From NCBI GenBank assembly GCA_030043575.1, contig JASHXK010000044.1, positions 1 through 37,123 on the forward strand: a stretch of DNA of 37,123 bases, in the 5' to 3' direction. Shown here one piece after another: positions 16,112 through 22,834 of this stretch. Origin of the DNA: Terriglobales bacterium. Lineage in GTDB: Bacteria; Acidobacteriota; Terriglobia; Terriglobales; Acidobacteriaceae. Made by a program: the position numbers and the translations under genes. The stretch's first letter is position 1; each line of letters begins with the position of its first letter. The notes below the pieces were generated by a model. The model was not told where the DNA came from. It ran no database searches and saw only the letters and a program-made list of their open reading frames with translations.

Positions 16112-17887
16112 ATGGAGAAATCGGGCAGGAGTGACAGAAAGAGATTCGCTCGTATGCTCTGTGCTTTTTCATCGGGCATGCTGCTGATGTTAGTTTCGTC
16201 GTGGTTTGCCCTAGCGACGGCGCAGGTATCCAAGACGGAGCCGGTGACAGGGCCCGTGAAGGGCGGGAGCTACACGCTTGCGGCGACTCCAAACAAGGTG
16301 AGCATGGTGCAGGGAAGCGGCGGGATGAGCAGAACCACGGTGAGACCAGCGAACGGGTTTAGCGGGAGCGTGAGTTTCGCAGCGACGGGATTGCCGAGAG
16401 GAGTAACGGCCGCGTTCAGTCCGAATCCGGCGACGGAGACGAGCACGTTGACGCTGACTGCGAGTACGACGGCGGCGGTGGGCGAAACGACGGTAACGAT
16501 CAGGGGAACGTCAGGGAGTTTGACGGCGACGACGACGCTGAGCCTGACGGTGACGGGGACGATGGACGCGGCCGCGTGGCGGAGCTACATGTCGAAACAT
16601 CCAGTCCCGGGCGTAGGATGTTTCACGGCCAATTACCCGAGTACAGCCTGGACTCCGACCAAGTGTATGCTCGCGCCACCGTATCCACTGACCGTGGGCA
16701 ATGGGACGGATTTTGTGGCGCAAGCGCAGTCCGGAACCATCATGAGCGCTACCGGGTCATTTCCATTCCTTAACGAACAGATCAGTGACATAACTGAAAA
16801 CGATGTCGGTAACCCATTTACCTTTGGAGGATCCAACGATTTCTCACTTCAAGTGAACGCCAACCAATTCCCAACAAGCACTCCCAATGCCATACAAAGT
16901 AACGGCACCAACCCATGCGCAAGTGGTAGCGAGTGCACTGGTTGGCAACAGTTTGTGCTGACCAATTACGCGAGTTTAAGCCCGGTTGGATCTAGCATAT
17001 ACATTCAGTTTTGGCTGATTGGCTACCAGGCTGCTTTCGGAACATGCCCAAACTCGCAGATACCGGGAGGGTGGGAGTCGGGTTTACTCGGTCAATGGCG
17101 TACCTCAAACGGTGGCTGTTTTATTAATAGTCCTGCGACTGGCGTTGCGATACAGAATATTTCGGCCATCGGCTCCGGCCAACTGCTCTTGACAGGCAGT
17201 AATGATCTAGGCGGACTAGATGAGGTCTCGTTGCTCGCAGGGAATCAGGGTTGGGCCCTTGGATTTCCGACGAACTTCATCGGTCTGAGTCAAGCTTGGA
17301 CTCAAGCCGAGTTCAACGTTTTTGGGCTCTGGAACGGCTCGCAGGCGGTTTTTAGCCCGGGCATTACGATTGGAGTCGCTGACACACTGACTGGTGCAGG
17401 TGGTTCCGCCATCTCGGCAACATGTGTTTCGAATCAGGGTACTACTGGAGAAACAAACAATTTAAGCCTTGGACAATGCCCTTGCTTCGCGAACGGCTCA
17501 CAAATCGAGTTTACCGAGTCCAATCTTCTGCCTCCAGGGTCATACGGTGCCATTCCCGTAACGCCCTTCTGCGCTTGTCCGAATGGCCAATTCTGGAATC
17601 CCAACACTAATTCGTGCACCTGCACTCCCAATTGCTCCGGTTCTAGAGGTACTATGTGCGGCGGACAACCAGATGGTTGTGGAGGCAAGTGCTTGTCCTC
17701 GTCCTGCGGAAAAGACGATAGTTGCAAGGGAGAATTCTGCTGTATTCCGAAGTGTCCTACGGGAGTAGCCTGCGGGGCATCCGACGGCTGCGGAGGTAGC
17801 TGTTCAGGATATTGTCGTCCCGGCTCCCTAACTTGCAAATCAACTCCAAGCGGAGGTTTCGTATGCGATAGCTCCAATAACAAGTGA
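16112..17887 (+). CDS. Large secreted protein: signal peptide, Ig-like Thr/Ser-rich module, ~330-aa unknown domain, ~105-aa cysteine-rich C-terminal module
   Basis: ATG 16112 follows GGAGGAGGGG. Signal peptide MEKSGRSDRKRFARMLCAFSSGMLLMLVSSWFALATA/Q. Ig-like module STLTLTASTTAAVGETTVTIRGTSGSLTATTTLSLTVTG. The tail from nt ~17570 has 19 Cys, including CGGQPDGCGGKC and CGASDGCGGSC. Confidence 0.75.
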   Translation: MEKSGRSDRKRFARMLCAFSSGMLLMLVSSWFALATAQVSKTEPVTGPVKGGSYTLAATPNKVSMVQGSGGMSRTTVRPANGFSGSVSFAATGLPRGVTAAFSPNPATETSTLTLTASTTAAVGETTVTIRGTSGSLTATTTLSLTVTGTMDAAAWRSYMSKHPVPGVGCFTANYPSTAWTPTKCMLAPPYPLTVGNGTDFVAQAQSGTIMSATGSFPFLNEQISDITENDVGNPFTFGGSNDFSLQVNANQFPTSTPNAIQSNGTNPCASGSECTGWQQFVLTNYASLSPVGSSIYIQFWLIGYQAAFGTCPNSQIPGGWESGLLGQWRTSNGGCFINSPATGVAIQNISAIGSGQLLLTGSNDLGGLDEVSLLAGNQGWALGFPTNFIGLSQAWTQAEFNVFGLWNGSQAVFSPGITIGVADTLTGAGGSAISATCVSNQGTTGETNNLSLGQCPCFANGSQIEFTESNLLPPGSYGAIPVTPFCACPNGQFWNPNTNSCTCTPNCSGSRGTMCGGQPDGCGGKCLSSSCGKDDSCKGEFCCIPKCPTGVACGASDGCGGSCSGYCRPGSLTCKSTPSGGFVCDSSNNK

Positions 17888-18123
17888 CGTGCTCCGGAAA
17901 CCGCTCAACCAGAGGTGTCATCTTTAACTCTGATGCTTCGATGTTGTTTGGGACATCAGCAGCCTCAGCCTCTTCGGGGCCTGCCGGAAGTGCGCAAGAA
18001 CATTGGGACGATGTAGGAGTGCCAGTCATAATCGCCATCCGCAAGTACACTCCGACGCTCCATAAGCACGTTCTAGCCTTTGCTGACGAGTTGCAAAATC
18101 GAGCAGAAAACTGTTCGCGATAG
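17884..18123 (+). CDS. Possible small protein translationally coupled to the large secreted protein
   Basis: The GTG start overlaps the upstream TGA (GTGA at 17884-17887). 79 aa; the second half (EHWDDVGVPVIIAIRKYTPTLHKHVLAFADELQNRAE) looks protein-like. Weak call. Confidence 0.25.
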   Translation: MTCSGNRSTRGVIFNSDASMLFGTSAASASSGPAGSAQEHWDDVGVPVIIAIRKYTPTLHKHVLAFADELQNRAENCSR

Positions 18124-18263
18124 GCCCGAAGCCCTTGCAGGCGCTGATCGAAGGGGACCGCAAAGCGAAGTGAAGCCCAAGGGGGGGCTCTGTCCCGCTT
18201 CAGGCGAGGCCACGCGACGCGCACTGTTCCCCCCACCCCTGCGTACAAGACTCCATAAAAACG

Positions 18264-19487
18264 CTAGATATACCCCGGACGCTGCGCGTCAGCGTAACTG
18301 GTTTCTCCAAGATGCGTTTGCGGCAGGAGGATCGGGAGATTCTCCAGCCGTTTCTGCCAATCTAGGGTTAGCCTCCATACAGATTCCTTTTCTACGTCCT
18401 CCACTTCCACGAGCCGTAGCACATTCAAATCTTGTAGGACCTGCCCAGCAGTTGTTCTCGGCAGTCCGGTTCGCTGCGTGACCTCCGACAGTTTCAGCCC
18501 GGCTGCTCGCTGCAACTCTCGCAGGATCAGCAGCCGGTTTGGAGGCATACAATCCTCCGCGACCCGTGCTACCGTGCTCAGTTCCTCAAATCCTGGCGCA
18601 GTCTTTTCGCGAATGAGAGCCAGTGCCAGCAACAGCTTCGCCAACTCTTTGCCCAGCCGGGTGCCCACCTCGGGCCGGGGAAGGTATCGCATATTGTGCT
18701 GCCTGTCACGTGGTACATGAGAGCGAGCAATTGCTGTGAGGTCAGCGATAGCTGTCAGCGGCAGGACGAGTGTCTCGGGAACCTCCGGCAGTTGCGGCGC
18801 TGCAGGTAGCCTGTCGAGAAAGCCAGAAACCAAGCCTTCGATTTCCTGCCGCATGCCGCTGTCCTTGCCCATGTTCTTGATTGCCTGTTCCACCTTTTCA
18901 GTGGTCTGATTCGAGCGCATTCGGAATTTGACGAAGCGCTCGCCCAGTTCCTCATCAACAGCATCAAAACGCTCAATTGCGAGAGTGGATGCCGCTAGCA
19001 CGGAGAAACGTGATTGAAAACTCACGCGGCCAACGTTGCCACGCCCCTGATCAGTAAAGCCGTCGTAAGCGTCCCGAAGATCGGCCAGAACAGCATTGCG
19101 AGTCTCGCGGCGCATGGAGAGCAGCGGGCTGAGGTCTTTGATGATTAGCACCTTGCCGTTGATTTGCGGTAGCAGGCTCGGGTCCGGCTTCGGGCGTTTG
19201 GGGTCCCGGTAGCCGCTGACCAATGTTTTGTCAGTAAGGCCAGAGAGAAAATACGCATCACTACGGCAGCGCAAAGGGCGCAGGATTTCTGTTTTTCCGC
19301 CTCCGCTGGCATCGATTACTAGTCCCCACAGCGGGTCTCCAGGCATCTCGTTCGACTTATACACCGCCAAAACGAAGTCGATGAGGTCAGCGTCCTCTGC
19401 AGGAATATGAAGCCAAGCGGCAATGCTCCTCCGCAATTCGAGAAGCTGTGTTGGATCCTCAGCCGCGCTGCTTGCCGTTGCCGACAT
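18264..19487 (-). CDS. P-loop NTPase with C-terminal winged-helix domain; replication/helicase-loader-like protein of the element
   Basis: Walker A in LVIDASGGGKTEILRPL. Walker B-like GKVLIIKDLSPLL. C-terminal LKLSEVTQRTGLPRTTAGQVLQDLNVLRLVEVED (wHTH pattern). The layout recalls DUF3987/primase-associated ATPases of small islands; this is from memory and was not searched. Confidence 0.75.
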   Translation of the reverse strand: MSATASSAAEDPTQLLELRRSIAAWLHIPAEDADLIDFVLAVYKSNEMPGDPLWGLVIDASGGGKTEILRPLRCRSDAYFLSGLTDKTLVSGYRDPKRPKPDPSLLPQINGKVLIIKDLSPLLSMRRETRNAVLADLRDAYDGFTDQGRGNVGRVSFQSRFSVLAASTLAIERFDAVDEELGERFVKFRMRSNQTTEKVEQAIKNMGKDSGMRQEIEGLVSGFLDRLPAAPQLPEVPETLVLPLTAIADLTAIARSHVPRDRQHNMRYLPRPEVGTRLGKELAKLLLALALIREKTAPGFEELSTVARVAEDCMPPNRLLILRELQRAAGLKLSEVTQRTGLPRTTAGQVLQDLNVLRLVEVEDVEKESVWRLTLDWQKRLENLPILLPQTHLGETSYADAQRPGYI

Positions 19488-19641
19488 CTTCCGCTCCTCG
19501 GGTGTTCCGATAAGGTACAGTTTCAGGTTTGATCGTTTCCGTCTTGCGAATCAGCACAACGCGGCCCGACTCGAATTTCAGTTCAAGTGTTCCATAGAAG
19601 CGGGACTGCTCCAGGCTGCGAAGAAGGTCATTTACTGCCAT
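19459..19641 (-). CDS. Small protein, DUF2292 (YezD)-like by motif
   Basis: A 60-aa ORF. YGTLELKFESGRVVLIRKTETIK resembles the G-(S/T)-hydrophobic...G-(K/R)-V-x-x-I-x-K-T-E core of DUF2292 as I remember it. It overlaps the P-loop gene start by 29 nt and the upstream ORF by 14 nt. Confidence 0.4.
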   Translation of the reverse strand: MAVNDLLRSLEQSRFYGTLELKFESGRVVLIRKTETIKPETVPYRNTRGAEDVGNGKQRG

Positions 19642-19846
19642 CTTGAGATTCCACGTTTTGCAAAGAAGCGTGCCTCAGAGGGAGATCACCTGCGCTCTGG
19701 CTGCCTGCGAGTTTCGGCCCGTCTCCAGTGACAAGTTGAACCAGCGCGGTTGCGAACGGCGGTTCACGCAAGACTTGCTGAAGGACAAGCAAGACTTTCG
19801 TCACTTCGCCCCGGCGCACGTCAAGTGGTAAGGGTGGTATCGGCAT
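19628..19846 (-). CDS. Possible 72-aa protein filling the gap in the minus-strand operon
   Basis: Its ATG (19846-19844) directly abuts the stop of the excisionase-type gene (TGAATG). The composition is Leu/Pro/Gln-rich and unconvincing. It is called mainly from the operon packing. Confidence 0.3.
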   Translation of the reverse strand: MPIPPLPLDVRRGEVTKVLLVLQQVLREPPFATALVQLVTGDGPKLAGSQSAGDLPLRHASLQNVESQDGSK

Positions 19847-20032
19847 TCACTCGCTCGCCCGCGCCGGGACCGTACCACGCTCAATGATTTTCTTGACAGT
19901 CTCCGGCTTGAACCGGATGGCGCGGCCAACCCGCACAAACTCAATTTGCCGACGCCACACGTGCTGGCGCACCGTCGCGGGTTTCAGGCCGATTGCCGCT
20001 GCGAATTCTTCCACATTCAGCAGTTTTTCCAT
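19847..20032 (-). CDS. Excisionase-family / AlpA-like helix-turn-helix DNA-binding protein
   Basis: From ATG 20032 (AGGAG 6 nt upstream): MEKLLNVEEFAAAIGLKPATVRQHVWRRQIEFVRVGRAIRFKPETVKKIIERG. This is the canonical excisionase-type HTH pattern, 61 aa. The longer track ORF (up to 20167) is unlikely. Confidence 0.7.
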   Translation of the reverse strand: MEKLLNVEEFAAAIGLKPATVRQHVWRRQIEFVRVGRAIRFKPETVKKIIERGTVPARASE

Positions 20033-20050
20033 TGCTGCTCCTGATGCTCT

Positions 20051-20079
20051 TTGACTTTCACCGAGTACTTTGTTATTCT
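20051..20079 (+). promoter_or_regulatory. Candidate sigma-70 promoter, TTGACT-17 nt-TATTCT, for the Zn-finger gene and integrase
   Basis: Hexamers at 20051-20056 and 20074-20079. The predicted start at about 20086 would make the ATG-20090 transcript nearly leaderless. The evidence is at the hexamer level only. Confidence 0.35.
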
Positions 20080-20082
20080 TTC

Positions 20083-20114
20083 TGTTGATATGAAAGTACA
20101 ACATTATATCAACA
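20083..20114. promoter_or_regulatory. Inverted repeat TGTTGATAT-N14-ATATCAACA spanning the switch region; candidate operator
   Basis: Perfect 9-nt arms at 20083-20091 and 20106-20114. The right arm overlaps a minus-strand extended -10 (TGATATAAT, plus-strand coordinates 20111-20103). The left arm covers the predicted plus-strand transcription start and the ATG. Confidence 0.4.
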
Positions 20115-20920
20115 AAGACGTTTGGCCGCGATGCCGGGAAGTGACCCTGAGAGATGGCATTCTGCACTGCTCCTTGGCGAATGAGCGCACATACGTTCTA
20201 ACGGAGGCATACCGGTACGATCTCCATATCCGCTTTGCAAACGCCAAAACAGATCACGATCTCACTCAATTCGTGCGCGATTGGGGTCCACTTGATCTGA
20301 GCGAGAAAGAGAAACTCGATAACACTGCCTCTATACCCCTGAGCGACTTTCGCATCTTCCAGCGATGGCTCAATGCGGTGCTGCATTTGTTGGCTGCTTT
20401 CAAAGGTGAAGCTGGGGACGAGCGCACAGCATTGCGCGAATTCGTTGAGGCTGAATATGAGAACGAACGCAACTTCCCTGCTCCTCTTGATGAACCACTT
20501 TCTTGGTCAATCCTCAGACAGCAGTTTGCTGTTACAGGGTCCATCGGTGATTGGGTAAGTGGCGCATCAATGGGAGAGGTACGGACAGCAACAGATTCGT
20601 TGCTGCACTTAGTGGTGGTCTTGCCTGCTAGCGGTGAACTTGTCTTTCGCCGACGACGCAACCGGGGTGAAGTGGAAGCTAGATGGGCGATTGACAACTT
20701 GAAAGAGGCACTCTGCTGGATGGTTTGGTACGACGAATTCACCCAGCACCCAATCATCTGCTGTCAAGAGTGCCGCAAGGTGTTCCGGGGTGAGACTGCC
20801 CACGCCCGAAAGTATTGCTCACACGAATGCGGACACCGGGCAACTGCGAGGAAGTGGCAAAGGAGGAAACGAGAGGCTTTACGGAGCAGTAAGCGCAACC
20901 AGCGCAGAGAGAGGAAATGA
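20090..20920 (+). CDS. Hypothetical protein with a C-terminal CGNR-like zinc finger and a basic tail, translationally coupled to the integrase
   Basis: MKVQHYINKD... (ATG 20090). The C-terminus CCQECRKVFRGETAHARKYCSHECGHRATARKWQRRKRE resembles the C-x2-C...C-S-x2-C-G-N/H-R-A zinc-finger tail. Its stop overlaps the integrase ATG (ATGA at 20917-20920). Confidence 0.65.
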   Translation: MKVQHYINKDVWPRCREVTLRDGILHCSLANERTYVLTEAYRYDLHIRFANAKTDHDLTQFVRDWGPLDLSEKEKLDNTASIPLSDFRIFQRWLNAVLHLLAAFKGEAGDERTALREFVEAEYENERNFPAPLDEPLSWSILRQQFAVTGSIGDWVSGASMGEVRTATDSLLHLVVVLPASGELVFRRRRNRGEVEARWAIDNLKEALCWMVWYDEFTQHPIICCQECRKVFRGETAHARKYCSHECGHRATARKWQRRKREALRSSKRNQRRERK

Positions 20921-22182
20921 GCATGTCTATATTTCGCTACAAAGGCAGCAAGGTCTGGACGATGGATTTCATGTTCCACGGTCAGCGCATCCGTGAGAGC
21001 ACGGGAACCCGATCTAAGACGCTGGCGCAGAAGATCGAAGACAAGCGCCGTCAAAAACTCGAAGAGGGAGCCGGGGGCATCCGAAGGCAACAGGCACCCC
21101 AACTCCTTTCCGTGGCTGGCGAAGAATGGCTGGAAATGCGGCGGCCCGGATGGTCGCCCGGGATGTTCACAATCGCAAAGACGGCGCTGGGGCATCTTTA
21201 CCCGGTACTCGGCAAGCAACTGCTGGTTGACATCGAGGCGAAGGACATCTCCCGGTATCAGAAATTGCGACTCGGCGAAGGTGCATCGGAGCGTACAGTG
21301 AACATCGAAATTGGCATTCTTCGCCAGATTGCCCGCAAGCACGGGACATGGGCGAGAATCCAATCCGACGTGCAGATGCTTCCTGAGCGCCAGGATGTTG
21401 GACGCGCACTCACTGCGGAGGAAGAGTCTGCTCTGCTGTTGGAATGCAGCAAATCTCGCTCGCGCATCCTGTTCCCATTCGTTGTGCTCGCTCTCGAAAC
21501 CGGAGCACGTTACAACACGATTCGCACACTGCAATGGGGCAATATCGACTTTGGGAATCGCTGCCTGAAATTTGGCAAGGACAAAACTGCAGCGGGTACG
21601 GGTCGGATTGTTCCCTTGAATCAGCGAGGAGTCGAGGTACTGAAATTCTGGGCGCAGCATTTTCCGAACCGTCTGCCTCAGCATTTCGTCTTTCCCGCTG
21701 AGAAAGTGGGAGCTGCCGGGGATAGTTTCGATGCGAAGGTGTACGATACTGAGCCGACCAGGCCAGTTGGGGACATCAAGGAAGCATGGGAGAGCTCAAA
21801 GAAGCGCACGCGCCGTCATTGCCCGCATTGCAAGAGTGGCATGTTAGCGGACCGGCCCAAACCCGCTGCCGGTTTCGTCTGCGTAGACTGCCGGGCAGAG
21901 GTTCCGGAGTTACCTGGTGGCCTGTGCTCCGTTCGCTTCCACGATCTTCGGCATAGTGCAGTAAGCCGTATGATTGCCGCTCGGGTCCCTCTGCCCATCA
22001 TTGCCAAGATCGTCGGATGGTCCGCTGGCACAATGGCGAAGATGGCAGAGCGGTACGGTCACTTCGGAATCGACGAGTTGCGGAGCGCAGTCGAGAGCAT
22101 TGTTAGGGGTGAAATTCAATCGGGGTCCCCGGTATTTTCCCCGGTATCGGAATCGACGCCAAAAGCTAGTCGCGCTAACTGA
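20917..22182 (+). CDS. int: Tyrosine recombinase / phage-type integrase with an N-terminal arm-binding-type domain and an inserted CxxC-x16-CxxC zinc ribbon
   Basis: N-terminus IFRYKGSKVWTMDFMFHGQRIRESTG. Catalytic set ALETGARYNTI (R), GKDKTAAGTGRIVPL (K), FHDLRHSAVS (HxxR), GWS, and MAERYGHF (Y). The zinc ribbon HCPHCKSG...FVCVDCRAE lies at nt 21820-21891. The gene ends 10 nt from the tRNA. Confidence 0.92.
   Translation: MSMSIFRYKGSKVWTMDFMFHGQRIRESTGTRSKTLAQKIEDKRRQKLEEGAGGIRRQQAPQLLSVAGEEWLEMRRPGWSPGMFTIAKTALGHLYPVLGKQLLVDIEAKDISRYQKLRLGEGASERTVNIEIGILRQIARKHGTWARIQSDVQMLPERQDVGRALTAEEESALLLECSKSRSRILFPFVVLALETGARYNTIRTLQWGNIDFGNRCLKFGKDKTAAGTGRIVPLNQRGVEVLKFWAQHFPNRLPQHFVFPAEKVGAAGDSFDAKVYDTEPTRPVGDIKEAWESSKKRTRRHCPHCKSGMLADRPKPAAGFVCVDCRAEVPELPGGLCSVRFHDLRHSAVSRMIAARVPLPIIAKIVGWSAGTMAKMAERYGHFGIDELRSAVESIVRGEIQSGSPVFSPVSESTPKASRAN
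22123..22147. repeat. 25-bp repeat GGGTCCCCGGTATTTTCCCCGGTAT, right copy (inside the integrase 3' end); candidate arm-type site
   Basis: Identical to 14015-14039. It lies 45 nt from the tRNA-proximal att repeat. Confidence 0.5.
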
Positions 22183-22192
22183 TGGAAAAGAA

Positions 22193-22269
<77 letters not shown>

Positions 22270-22385
22270 ACGCTGGCGCAGGGATACGCAAATCCATTAT
22301 CGCAAAACCCGGGTTCCATGCCATGTAACTGAGTGTATGCTTGGGCGTTCCGTAGAAGCTCAGCGCAGAGCGACGGCGTTTACCG

Positions 22386-22733
22386 ATGGCAGCCGTTATC
22401 AAGACCGTGATCCTGAAGGAAGGCATGCCCAGCGTGGAGCAGGCTCGCGCACGCCTCAGTACCGAAATCCAGAGCGCCCAGCGCAACGGATTGAAGGTTC
22501 TGAAGATCGTGCATGGCTACGGATCGACTGGCGTGGGCGGCGATCTGCGCATCGCGCTCCAATCAACTTTGCGCCAGATGGCCGCCAGGCGAGAGATTCG
22601 CGATTGCATCTTCGGCGAGAACTGGCGCACCAGTGACGAGCGCACTTGGGAGTTGCTGAAGCAGCAGCCGGACTTGAAGACCGACAGCGACCTTGGCAAG
22701 GCCAATAAAGGAATCACCATCGTTGTTCTGTGA
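22386..22733 (+). CDS. Smr (small MutS-related) domain protein
   Basis: A 115-aa protein. PSVEQARARLSTEIQSAQRNGLKVLKIVHGYGSTGVGGDLR...NKGITIVVL follows the Smr pattern (helix, then xIxHGxG, then a terminal G-x-hydrophobic strand). Confidence 0.6.
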   Translation: MAAVIKTVILKEGMPSVEQARARLSTEIQSAQRNGLKVLKIVHGYGSTGVGGDLRIALQSTLRQMAARREIRDCIFGENWRTSDERTWELLKQQPDLKTDSDLGKANKGITIVVL

Positions 22734-22834
22734 ATAGCTCTTATTCCGCCCCGCCGCCCACTTTATAATCCTCACTTGGCCGTTCCAACCGAGCCGATCT
22801 GCCTCATGCCCGACACTTCAAGGATGTCTCATTC

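Noticed and set aside
17757-18248. A 163-aa minus-strand ORF between the large secreted protein gene and the P-loop gene.
   Set aside because: It would overlap the 3' end of the cysteine-rich protein gene by about 130 nt in convergent orientation. It has an Arg/Ala-rich, low-information N-terminus, and nothing supports it.
20764-21684. A 306-aa minus-strand ORF inside the island.
   Set aside because: It is antisense to the integrase gene, which has the full R-K-HxxR-W-Y catalytic set. Its sequence has no recognisable features, so it is a shadow ORF.
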